Below are positions 1-7,847 of a DNA stretch of 42,813 nucleotides, one piece after another. The translations under genes were made by a program, and so were the position numbers. This DNA is from a virus. Its lineage: Duplodnaviria; Caudoviricetes. Positions within the stretch are counted from its first letter, which is position 1. Each line of letters begins with the position of its first letter. The notes beneath the pieces are model-generated. The model was not told the DNA's origin. It saw only the letters and a list, made by a program, of their open reading frames with translations, and did no database searches. Location of the stretch: positions 1 to 42,813 of the IMG/VR virus record IMGVR_UViG_3300037307_000101; one strand, 5' to 3'.

Positions 1-20
1 GACGAGATCGAGGAGGCGTG

Positions 21-190
21 ATGTCGGACGCCGCCGCCAGCACAGGACCGCGCAGCGGTCCTCTTCGCAAGCGCGAATCCTCTCTGTGGGAGCGCGAGGC
101 AAACGACTGGTACGTCGAGCCCGAATGGGTATCTGAGCGCTTATTCGAGGAAGAGCGCTTTGAGGGGCGCGTGCATGATCCCGCTTGCGG
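21..190 (+). pseudogene. N-terminal remnant of a phage amino-(N6A/N4C) DNA methyltransferase
   Basis: RBS GAGGAGG at 10-16 and ATG at 21. Reads ...REANDWYVEPEWVSERLFEEERFEGRVHDPACG, i.e. motif X plus the SAM-binding motif I (DPACG). Similarity stops abruptly afterwards, with no NPPF/Y catalytic motif and a stop at 231-233. Confidence 0.7.
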
Positions 191-274
191 CCGCGCTACA
201 AGGCGATCGGCAACAGCATGGCCGTGCCCGTGATGGCGTGGATCGGGCGGCGGATTGCGGAGGCCTTGGCATGA
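191..274 (+). pseudogene. C-terminal remnant of a C5-cytosine DNA methyltransferase
   Basis: A frame absent from the ORF track reads PRYKAIGNSMAVPVMAWIGRRIAEALA*, the typical motif X tail of C5 methyltransferases. It has no upstream body. Confidence 0.75.
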
Positions 275-330
275 TACGCGGCCTATGCCAACGCAGCCAG
301 GTATCTTCACGGCGAATTTGCGAGGCTGGA

Positions 331-930
331 ATGAGCAACCTCGTCGTCCTTGCGCTCGACATTGCCAAGCACCGCACCGGCTGGGCCACTGGTCACGCCG
401 GGATGAACCGCCCGAATTGGGGCACCTACAACCTCGCGGGCGATTGGGACAAGCACGAGGGCAAGCGGCTCCATCAATGGCGCACCTTCCTCGAATCCAA
501 GATCGAGGAGCACGCCGTCACCTACATCGCGTGCGAGCGGCCATTCATCGACCTCAAGGATTTCGACTACAACGGCAGCGTCCCGATTCTGCAAATGTGG
601 GGCATCGTGCTCGAGCTCGCGCACGCGCGCGGCATCCGCTGCGGCGCCGTCAGCATCGCATCATGGCGCTCGCACTTCCTTGGCACCGCCCAGGCGCCCA
701 AGGGGCTCGCCAAAGGCCAGCGCACGAACGCGCTCAAGGACATGGCCGTGCGCCGCGCCGCGCAGCGTGGCTGGCTCTGCGAATTCCACGACGAGGCTGA
801 AGCGCTGGGCATCATGGATTTCGCGCTCGCGTGCCTCGATCCAGACTACGAGCACGCCACGGGCCCCGACACCCGCCGCGCCGAGCTCAAGGCGGAGCAG
901 GCTGCATTTCGAGGGGAGAGCCCGCTGTGA
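331..930 (+). CDS. RuvC-like Holliday junction resolvase (phage type)
   Basis: VLALDIAKHRTGWA, IACERPF, SWRSHFLG, K...A and DEAEALGI match the RNase H-fold RuvC pattern. GAGG precedes ATG 331; an alternative coupled start is at 271. Confidence 0.7.
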   Translation: MSNLVVLALDIAKHRTGWATGHAGMNRPNWGTYNLAGDWDKHEGKRLHQWRTFLESKIEEHAVTYIACERPFIDLKDFDYNGSVPILQMWGIVLELAHARGIRCGAVSIASWRSHFLGTAQAPKGLAKGQRTNALKDMAVRRAAQRGWLCEFHDEAEALGIMDFALACLDPDYEHATGPDTRRAELKAEQAAFRGESPL

Positions 931-1877
931 CACTGGTCCCGTTCACCTGCGATCCCGACCTTGTGCGGCCCGATGGCGTCGACCCCGGGCGCTCACCAAA
1001 ACTCGATTGGCTCCCAATCAACAACCTCGTCGTCAACGACGAATATCAGCGCCCTATTTCGATATCGGGCAAGAAAAACATTTTCAAGATCATGCAGCAG
1101 TTTTCATGGTCGCGCTTCTCGCCCGTGATCTGCCGCGAGGTCCCCGGCAAAGGTCTCTACGAAATCATTGACGGCCAGCACCGCACGACTGCCGCTTTCA
1201 ACATGGGATACGACGCCGTTCCGGCCATGATCGTCAGTTGCTCCGATGAAGAAGCCGCGCGCATCTTTGCCGCGGTCAACGGCACCATCATGCGCATGAG
1301 CCCGCTCGCGGTCTACAAGGCGGCCCTTGCCGGCGGCGAGCAATGGGCGGTCGAGTGCCGCGAGGCTGCCGAAGCCGCTGGCTGCGAGATCCTTCGCTAT
1401 CCGATCGCACGGAAGCACCAGAGGCCGTTGCAGACCATGGCCGTTACCTCGATTCGGCGGGTCCATGCGGTTCATGGCCCAGCCATTCTCAAGGCCGCCT
1501 TTCGACTGCTCGCCGCGTCACAGAATTCGCATGCGCTCGGTTTTCTTTCATCGTACCTCATCACCCAATGGAGCCGCATCATCGCCTCGCGGCCAGGTTG
1601 GGCTGGCAACGTCGATAGCCTCGTCGGCGCTGTGAAAATGCTTGCCATCAATCTTACGCTGATCCAGCCACAAGACGTCGAACAGCAGATCCTCCGCAAG
1701 ATCGGCGACGGACGTCAAAGCAGCGAGGCGGCGAACACGATCAAGGCCAAGGTCCGCGAACTGCTTGAGCGCAGCAAATGCACCTCTGCCGGTCTGATCG
1801 CCACGCAGCTCCGCCTGCCCTATGCCCAGGTCGATCGCCTCATCGCTGAAATCAAGGCAGAGAGGGAGGCGTCATGA
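927..1877 (+). CDS. ParB/Srx-like N-terminal domain protein
   Basis: LVVNDEYQR...YEIIDGQHRTTAA motif. The GTG start overlaps the previous TGA. Possible C-terminal HTH. Confidence 0.75.
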   Translation: MTLVPFTCDPDLVRPDGVDPGRSPKLDWLPINNLVVNDEYQRPISISGKKNIFKIMQQFSWSRFSPVICREVPGKGLYEIIDGQHRTTAAFNMGYDAVPAMIVSCSDEEAARIFAAVNGTIMRMSPLAVYKAALAGGEQWAVECREAAEAAGCEILRYPIARKHQRPLQTMAVTSIRRVHAVHGPAILKAAFRLLAASQNSHALGFLSSYLITQWSRIIASRPGWAGNVDSLVGAVKMLAINLTLIQPQDVEQQILRKIGDGRQSSEAANTIKAKVRELLERSKCTSAGLIATQLRLPYAQVDRLIAEIKAEREAS

Positions 1878-2311
1878 TCCCGCGTGAAACTCTGCAGGAG
1901 CTCATTAAGCTGCGCGAGCGCGTGGCCGATCTCGAAGCTGAAATTGCGATGCTGCGCGACCATGATACCGCACAGGTCAAGGCGATCCGATCGGCGTTCA
2001 ATTGCACGACGCAGCAGGCCCGGACGATCATTGCAATGTCGCGCGGCATCCTGACCCGCCAGCAGGCGCTGGATATGGATATTCCTCGCACCGAGGACGC
2101 CAGTCTGCTTTCGCTCGACTCGTGCATCAAGCGCATTCGCAAGCGCTTCCCTTCGCTCAAGATCAGGTCGCACTACGGCATTGGATACGAACTCGATCCC
2201 GAAAGCCGGAACGCGGTTCGCCATATCCTCAAGAAGTGCCAGCCGCAAGATTTGCGCCGCAACGTAGTCACCATTGCCGTCGATCAGGGGACGGCAGGAG
2301 GAGAGGCATGA
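1874..2311 (+). CDS. Winged-helix DNA-binding protein (OmpR/PhoB C-terminal type, no receiver domain)
   Basis: LDSCIKRIRKRF...IRSHYGIGYEL wing signature, N-terminal coiled coil and ATGA overlap. Confidence 0.7.
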   Translation: MIPRETLQELIKLRERVADLEAEIAMLRDHDTAQVKAIRSAFNCTTQQARTIIAMSRGILTRQQALDMDIPRTEDASLLSLDSCIKRIRKRFPSLKIRSHYGIGYELDPESRNAVRHILKKCQPQDLRRNVVTIAVDQGTAGGEA

Positions 2312-2712
2312 AGCGCGTCAAACCCAGCGGAGAAATCATTCAGCTCTATATGTCTGCACCGATCAATGATTGGATAGAAGAGCAGGCCAGGATCGCCGGC
2401 ACGACGGTAAATGCGTGGATCAAGGGGTTGATAATTGCGCACGCCCCTGCAGCCGTCCAGAAGGCCGCAGAGAAGGCCGCCAGAGGGGCTGGGCGTCAGC
2501 CGGTGCCGGTTCACAGCAAGCCCGTGCAGGAGCCGCCCAAAGCCGCCCCAGGGCCGTCCTTTGACGATCAGGTCGAGGCCAACCGCGAGAAGGTCCTCGA
2601 TCTCGATGCCCGCGGCTATCTTGAGAACAGCATTGCAGCCATCACGAAGCTGCCGTTCAAGGTCGTGCAACAGATCCTAACATCCAAACCGACACCCAAG
2701 AAGAGGCCGTAA
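2308..2712 (+). CDS. Putative DNA-binding protein (RHH-like N-terminus, HTH-like C-terminus)
   Basis: Strong RBS (AGGAGGAGAGG) and ATGA overlap. IQLYMSAPINDWIEEQARIAGTTVNAWIKGLI resembles a ribbon-helix-helix. Confidence 0.5.
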   Translation: MKRVKPSGEIIQLYMSAPINDWIEEQARIAGTTVNAWIKGLIIAHAPAAVQKAAEKAARGAGRQPVPVHSKPVQEPPKAAPGPSFDDQVEANREKVLDLDARGYLENSIAAITKLPFKVVQQILTSKPTPKKRP

Positions 2713-3128
2713 TGCGTAATGTTCGCCATGCACCACCCGCACCAATCGTCCCCGCCTGGCGCGTTGGCCGCCCTGTTGTAGCGGCACCACGGCCGTCGCC
2801 CGAACCGGCCTCAATTGAGCCGCCTGTGCTGGCCGCCTACGAGAACCCGGTGCCGCTCGTCACACGCCTCGTGGCCGCCGAAACGGGCGTAAGTGTCGAA
2901 GCAATCAGGTCAATTTCGCGCCGCACACACCATGTCCGCGCCCGGCAGATCGTGATGTTCGTCCTACGCAACCAATGGGGGGCAAGCCTGCCGAAGATCG
3001 GCCGCTTCTTGGGCCGGGATCACACAACGGTGTTGCACGGTGTACGCCAGGTCGAGCAGCACCCGATCCGGTTCGAGCCCGAGATCTCGCGCGTGCTCGA
3101 GGCGGTCAGAAAGGGGCGGAAGCCATGA
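2712..3128 (+). CDS. DnaA C-terminal (domain IV) HTH-like protein
   Basis: ARQIVMFVLRNQWGASLPKIGRFLGRDHTTVLHGVRQVE is the DnaA domain IV signature (IG..xGRDHTTVLH). Confidence 0.85.
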   Translation: MRNVRHAPPAPIVPAWRVGRPVVAAPRPSPEPASIEPPVLAAYENPVPLVTRLVAAETGVSVEAIRSISRRTHHVRARQIVMFVLRNQWGASLPKIGRFLGRDHTTVLHGVRQVEQHPIRFEPEISRVLEAVRKGRKP

Positions 3129-4237
3129 ACTTCTACGCGTTCAACATCGGCGACTACGCAGGCGCGACCAGGCACCTCTCTTGGGACGAGGACATGGCCT
3201 ATCGCCGGATGTTGGACGCCTATTACAGCCGGGAAGCTCCACTTCCGCTTGAGCGCCGGCAGATCTACCGCCTCGTCGGCGCCTCCGAAAACCGCCAACG
3301 CGAAGCCGTGGACGTCGTCCTCGAGGAGTTCTTTGAGGAGCGCGCCGACGGTTGGCACAACAACCGGGCGGATGAGGAGATTGCCAAAACCTCAATAAAA
3401 AAGGAAAAAGCACGCGCCAGCGCGATGCTCAGTGTGGCCGCGCGGCAGCAGCGCAGCAATCCCGAACTGCGCCAGGAGCGACTGGAAAAAACCCGCGAAA
3501 AGGCAACCCACACCCTTGCGGAATGGGAAGCCCTCAAGCAGGCGTGCGGCAACGCTTGCGTGAAATGCGGAGACGTGCCGGTCGTCAAAGATCACATCAC
3601 CCCGATCTATCAGGGAGGGTCCGACGGCATCGAAAATCTGCAGCCGCTTTGCCAGTCCTGCAACTCAGCAAAAGGCCCCGAAGCGGTCGACTATCGTCCA
3701 AGCGAAGGATTAGCGGTCGTTAAGCGATTGCTGAGCGAACGCTCCCACAACACGAGCGACCGTTCAACGAACGCTGCAGAAACGCCCAACGGACGTTTAG
3801 CTCCCAATCCCAATCCCAATCCCAATCCTAAGATTATAGATGAAGACGGGAGGATAGCGCGTGCGCGCGCGACCCCCCCGGACCCCGACGCATTCCGGAA
3901 AACCGAGCAGGCCCTCACCGCCATCAGCGAGCTCGACAGCCAGCCCGTATCCATCAACACCGTCTACGCCCCCATCTACCAGCTCGTGCTCGAAGGCCTC
4001 GACCTCGACACCCAGATCATACCCTCGATCCGACGACAGGCCGCACTCGCAACCCGACCCATCAAGTCGTGGAAGTATTTCGTCGAAGGCATCCTCAACG
4101 ACGCCCGCCCCATCGAAATCTCAGGAGCCCGCCCCAATGGATCACAACGTCCCCGCCGTCGTGGAGCAGCGCAAGACATCGCAGACGCCTTCGACCGCCT
4201 CGACGAGCGTATCGCCGAGCGCGATACGGGCTCTTGA
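3125..4237 (+). CDS. DUF1376/YdaU-family replication initiator-like protein with in-frame HNH domain
   Basis: The N-terminus MNFYAFNIGDYAGATRHLSWDEDMAYRRMLDAYY is typical of DUF1376. HNH domain CVKCG...KDHITPIYQGGSDGIENLQPLCQSCNSAKG lies at about 3509-3676, followed by a PNPNPNPNP linker. Confidence 0.8.
   Translation: MNFYAFNIGDYAGATRHLSWDEDMAYRRMLDAYYSREAPLPLERRQIYRLVGASENRQREAVDVVLEEFFEERADGWHNNRADEEIAKTSIKKEKARASAMLSVAARQQRSNPELRQERLEKTREKATHTLAEWEALKQACGNACVKCGDVPVVKDHITPIYQGGSDGIENLQPLCQSCNSAKGPEAVDYRPSEGLAVVKRLLSERSHNTSDRSTNAAETPNGRLAPNPNPNPNPKIIDEDGRIARARATPPDPDAFRKTEQALTAISELDSQPVSINTVYAPIYQLVLEGLDLDTQIIPSIRRQAALATRPIKSWKYFVEGILNDARPIEISGARPNGSQRPRRRGAAQDIADAFDRLDERIAERDTGS
3701..3845. 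repeat. Phased iteron-like repeats, putative replication origin
   Basis: Imperfect palindromic decamers A(G/A)CGnn(C/T)G(C/T)T at 3712, 3723, 3734, 3755, 3766 and 3788, plus a degenerate copy at 3701. They are followed by (CCCAAT)4 and a short AT-rich patch. Confidence 0.65.
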
Positions 4238-4769
4238 GGCCGACGACTGGCGATCCGCACCCCGCAGCGTCACCGTCCAGGAAGCCGAGGCCGTCCTCGC
4301 CCAACTGGCCGGCAGGGACCTATGCCCCACCGAAGCCGAAGCCTGCACGGCCGCACGCAACCTCGTGGCCCTCTACCCGGCAAAGGACGTCGGCAACCCG
4401 GACGCCTACGTCGCCGCCATCACCACCCTGTTCGTGTGCTACCCGCGCGACCTCGTGAAGCGTGTCTGCAACCCCGTCACCGGCCTGCCCAGCCGCCTCA
4501 AGTTCTTCCCCACAATCGCCGACGTGTCCGAGGCCATCAAACTTGAGCTCGAACGCCGCAAGAGGATCGAGGCCAACGCCCGATACGTCCTCGAGCACGC
4601 CGCCAAGCGCCAGCAGCAGGCCCAGGAGGACCGCCAGTGGGCAACCCAGCGCCCCACCGCCGAGGAGCGCGCACGCCGCGTCCAAGAACTCCTCCGAGGG
4701 GCCGTCAAGGGGACCCACAAAGCAGCCGAGCCCGCCACCCCGCCCGCCAACACCGTTGCCAACCCGTAG
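4137..4769 (+). CDS. Putative replication accessory / helicase-loader-like protein
   Basis: AGGAG RBS; follows the initiator. LVALYP...PDAYVAAITTLF..YP.DLV...KFFPTIADV resembles phage loader-type helical proteins. Confidence 0.5.
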   Translation: MDHNVPAVVEQRKTSQTPSTASTSVSPSAIRALEADDWRSAPRSVTVQEAEAVLAQLAGRDLCPTEAEACTAARNLVALYPAKDVGNPDAYVAAITTLFVCYPRDLVKRVCNPVTGLPSRLKFFPTIADVSEAIKLELERRKRIEANARYVLEHAAKRQQQAQEDRQWATQRPTAEERARRVQELLRGAVKGTHKAAEPATPPANTVANP

Positions 4770-4778
4770 GAGCCCGCC

Positions 4779-5300
4779 ATGCGAATGCACAAGTTCGACA
4801 CTCCGAGCCAAGGGTACGTCTGGATCAACCTCGACCAGGTGACGACGGTGACGCGCTCTCACGCAGGAGATGGCGCCTACGCCGTGCTACAGGTCTTCGG
4901 TTCCCACTGGACCATTGCGATGACGGTCGACGACGTCCTCGCGCTCATCAGCCCGGCCGCGGCGCCCGACACCTACGAGGGGGAGCTGGCGCAGGCGAAG
5001 GCCGCCCGCATCGACGAACTCTATCGCACGGCCAAGATCTTCATGGGCCACTCAATCGAGCACTGGCCGCAATGGGTGCTCGACGTCGTTGCGACGCGCG
5101 AATTGGCAATCAGGGAGGGCTCCAGCCCCGATGTCTCGATCCTGCCCGCCGAGGAGGCCAAGTCCATCGCCATCGCGGCGCGCAAGACAGAAATCAACCT
5201 GCTGTTCTCGTGGATGCAGAACGCCTGCCAACCCAAGGTACATGACCTCGTGGCCTATCTGCGCGACCGATTGCACAAGCTGGATCTTGGCGAGGTATGA
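4779..5300 (+). CDS. Hypothetical protein
   Basis: AGGAG RBS, GC3-rich codons and operon position. Confidence 0.65.
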   Translation: MRMHKFDTPSQGYVWINLDQVTTVTRSHAGDGAYAVLQVFGSHWTIAMTVDDVLALISPAAAPDTYEGELAQAKAARIDELYRTAKIFMGHSIEHWPQWVLDVVATRELAIREGSSPDVSILPAEEAKSIAIAARKTEINLLFSWMQNACQPKVHDLVAYLRDRLHKLDLGEV

Positions 5301-5307
5301 GCCCAGC

Positions 5308-5943
5308 ATGCCGCGCATCAACCGCAGGAAGTCGATCAGGACGCCGCCTCGACGGGACCGCATCAGCCCGTCGAAGCGCGATCCCATGCCCGAGGCCGGG
5401 CCCACCGACTTCCTGCTGCAGCGGAAGGCGGAGCAGATCGGGCTGGGCACCGTATGCGACGTCGAAACGAAGCGCGTGCAGATCCTGGGCGGCGCCCCCA
5501 ACCAAGCCCGCGTCGAATTCGCGACGAGTTCCGTCCTCGCCCTGCTGCGCGAGCACAACAAGATCCTGCACCGGCACTATCAGGCCGGCACGGAGTACGG
5601 TCGCCTGCATCGCACGCTGTTCGGGCGCTCGACGCCAAAGCCCTCGAGCCTGGGCCGGATGATCTACACCGACCTGAACGAGCGCCTCGATGCCGAGCGC
5701 AAGCAGACCCGCGAGGAAATGGACGACGACGCCTACATCGAGTGGATGCAGGAACAGCGCGTGCTCTACGAGCGCGGCGAATACCGCCTGCGCCACATAG
5801 CAGGGTGCTCGATCACCGAGCGCCGCCTGATCCGTATTGTGCTCCGCCATGTGATCCTCGACAATGCCTATCCCCGCGCGACGCAGATCGGCCGCGTGCG
5901 CATCGGGCTCAACGAGCTGGCCGACGTGTGGACATACGAATGA
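5308..5943 (+). CDS. Hypothetical protein, possibly DUF6456-like late regulator/antiterminator
   Basis: The coding signal is clear. SVLALLREHNKILHRHYQAGTEY and RVRIGLNELADVW resemble alphaproteobacterial prophage DUF6456-type proteins, and the position is where Q-like regulators sit. Function is an inference. Confidence 0.45.
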   Translation: MPRINRRKSIRTPPRRDRISPSKRDPMPEAGPTDFLLQRKAEQIGLGTVCDVETKRVQILGGAPNQARVEFATSSVLALLREHNKILHRHYQAGTEYGRLHRTLFGRSTPKPSSLGRMIYTDLNERLDAERKQTREEMDDDAYIEWMQEQRVLYERGEYRLRHIAGCSITERRLIRIVLRHVILDNAYPRATQIGRVRIGLNELADVWTYE

Positions 5944-6173
5944 CCAGCCTCGTCGTGACGATCGACTACACCAACTGGCGCGGCCAGCGCCGCAAGCGCC
6001 GCGTCATCCCGGGCCAGATCATGCTGGGCAACACGCAATGGCATCCCGAATGGCAATGGCTGCTTAGCGCGTTTGACCTCGAGGACCAGATGACCAAGCA
6101 GTTCGCAATGAAGGACATACACGGCTGGGAGCCGCACGAGCCGCCGCCGATTGCAGCCGAGGAGAAGGAATGA
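5940..6173 (+). CDS. Stand-alone WYL domain protein (77 aa)
   Basis: IDYTNWRGQRRKRRVIP...QWLLSAFDLEDQMTKQFAMKDI matches the WYL pattern; ATGA overlap. Confidence 0.8.
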   Translation: MTSLVVTIDYTNWRGQRRKRRVIPGQIMLGNTQWHPEWQWLLSAFDLEDQMTKQFAMKDIHGWEPHEPPPIAAEEKE

Positions 6174-6427
6174 CCGACAACGTCGTAGGAATTCGCGGCC
6201 AGCTGCCGCCCCTCGTCTCGCTGCCCCCCAACGAGGAAATGATCGCCATGCTTGAGCGCGTCCTCGAAAAAGCCCGCGCGGGCGAGGCTCGGGGGATCAT
6301 CGGGATATTCGTCTACGCCGATCACTCTACCGAGGCGATATGCGCGGGCGCGCTGACCTATGCGAACATCGGGCGCGCCTTTTGCGTGCTCACCAAGATG
6401 GCCAGAGAGTTGGAGGAGCAACCATGA
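6170..6427 (+). CDS. Hypothetical protein
   Basis: GAGGAG/AAGGA RBS, ATGA overlap and plausible composition. Confidence 0.7.
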   Translation: MTDNVVGIRGQLPPLVSLPPNEEMIAMLERVLEKARAGEARGIIGIFVYADHSTEAICAGALTYANIGRAFCVLTKMARELEEQP

Positions 6428-6470
6428 CTGGCCTATAATCTTGACATGCCAAAGGGGTCGTGTCAGAAAC
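6410..6470 (+). promoter_or_regulatory. Candidate late promoter region
   Basis: Perfect TATAAT (6434-6439) and CTTGACA (6440-6446) in the first real intergenic gap, giving two overlapping candidate sigma70 promoters. Each has one weak element. Confidence 0.45.
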
Positions 6471-6525
6471 ACCACAGCCCGACCCTTTCCCAAGTCCATG
6501 CGGACGGGCCTGTTCGGTATCCATG

Positions 6526-6559
6526 AGCCCCACGATTCCCGCCCGGATCGTGGGGTTTT
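6526..6559 (+). terminator. Intrinsic terminator
   Basis: Stem CCCCACGAT (6528-6536) / ATCGTGGGG (6547-6555) followed by TTTT. Confidence 0.75.
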
Positions 6560-6582
6560 CGCATTCGAGGAACACCCAACCA

Positions 6583-6798
6583 ATGCCGAAGAAATCCCAC
6601 GTCGACAACGCCAAGCCCGGCGATCCCGACCCGTATTACTACGAGCGCGAGTATTTCCCGTCTGCCCTCATCGGCAAGGCTCTGGGACTGCATCCAAAGT
6701 ATCCCAAGCCCAATTCCGAGGGCAAAGACGACCTTCCCAAGGGCGTGGACCTGTCCGACATCCGCGAGCAGTACAGCAAGAAGGGCAAGCGCAAATGA
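6583..6798 (+). CDS. Small basic hypothetical protein
   Basis: GAGG RBS, GC3-rich codons, first gene after the terminator. Confidence 0.65.
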   Translation: MPKKSHVDNAKPGDPDPYYYEREYFPSALIGKALGLHPKYPKPNSEGKDDLPKGVDLSDIREQYSKKGKRK

Positions 6799-7028
6799 AC
6801 ATCGCCTGGTTCAAAACTCGCCTCTTGGCTGGCACATGCCTCCCGTGGCCCACGCCCAAGATGGTCGCCGCCGTTCAGCAGAAGATCGCCCTTGCCGTCT
6901 TCCGCATGATCGAGCCCGGCTCTGGCCTCGCCCGGCTTGTTGGCTGCCCCTGCCGATTTCGTTCGTCGCTTGTCAGCGACTGCGAGTATCATGGCAGATC
7001 CGCTCGGATGCTGATCCATGGCCGATAA
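6795..7028 (+). CDS. Small hypothetical protein with CxC...CxxH motif
   Basis: ATGA overlap; GCPC...DCEYHG. Confidence 0.45.
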   Translation: MNIAWFKTRLLAGTCLPWPTPKMVAAVQQKIALAVFRMIEPGSGLARLVGCPCRFRSSLVSDCEYHGRSARMLIHGR

Positions 7029-7563
7029 GCCCGCCAAGGCCGCCACACCGGCTCAGGAGATCCGCAGGCCGTCGGCCCAGCTCGCGTTCAAGACGTGGCT
7101 CGCCAACAACCGCTGCACCTTCCGCGACCTCGAGGACATTCTCCGCGGCATGGGCTACCAGGCCGACCACACCACGCTCTCGCGCATGTCCAAGGAATAT
7201 CCCAAGTGGGCGCTTGCCATCGCCGAGAAGACTGCCCAGCTCCCGCCCCAGCAAGTGCTGGCGGCCCTCAAGGAGGCCGTCCAGCTTGCCAACGACGTGG
7301 CGCCCGAGGTGTACCAAGGGATCAAGGCCCAACTCGTCGCCCGGCTGTTCATGACCCTCAGTGACATGCCCTTTCCCACCATCGAGGAGTGGAAGGAGGG
7401 GCTTGAGTGTGCCGACCGCCTCGAGGCATTCATCCACCACGAGCGCGGCAAGGCGATCAGCGCCGACACCAAGGCGGAAGCCAAGGGCGGCAAGTCGATC
7501 ATGGACTCGCTGAACCCGCCCATTAAGTTCGAGAAGTTCCGCAAGAACGGAGGGGCCTCCTGA
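7018..7563 (+). CDS. Candidate terminase small subunit
   Basis: HTH-like N-terminus (TFRDLEDILRGMGYQADHTTLSRM), helical body and position upstream of terL. Confidence 0.5.
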   Translation: MADKPAKAATPAQEIRRPSAQLAFKTWLANNRCTFRDLEDILRGMGYQADHTTLSRMSKEYPKWALAIAEKTAQLPPQQVLAALKEAVQLANDVAPEVYQGIKAQLVARLFMTLSDMPFPTIEEWKEGLECADRLEAFIHHERGKAISADTKAEAKGGKSIMDSLNPPIKFEKFRKNGGAS

Positions 7564-7844
7564 TGTTCCGCCCGTCCGACGTGCGCCGCGCACAGGCCGC
7601 TTTCGACGACGCCATAGACCCACCCTACGAGGCCACTGTCACGCTCTCCCCCGATCGCCTTACCCTGCGAACCACCGTCGTCGACCCTGACAATGGCGTG
7701 ATGCCGGTCGCCAATGGCTCGTGGCAATTCGACCCGCTGGCTATCAAGACCAAAAAGCAGCCCTCCGAGGAGGAGCTGAACGAGATCGCCACGCAATTCA
7801 ACACCATCTGTCTCGCCCACTACGCGGACAAGGCCGGAAATTGA
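7563..7844 (+). CDS. Hypothetical protein
   Basis: TGATG overlap and coding-like codon usage. Confidence 0.65.
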   Translation: MFRPSDVRRAQAAFDDAIDPPYEATVTLSPDRLTLRTTVVDPDNGVMPVANGSWQFDPLAIKTKKQPSEEELNEIATQFNTICLAHYADKAGN

Positions 7845-7847
7845 TCC

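Noticed and set aside
160-330. Extended N-termini given by the ORF track (also 831, 2002, 2975, 3861, 5089, 5454, 21078)
   Set aside because: Downstream starts with an RBS or ATGA coupling fit better; the extensions overlap other real genes.
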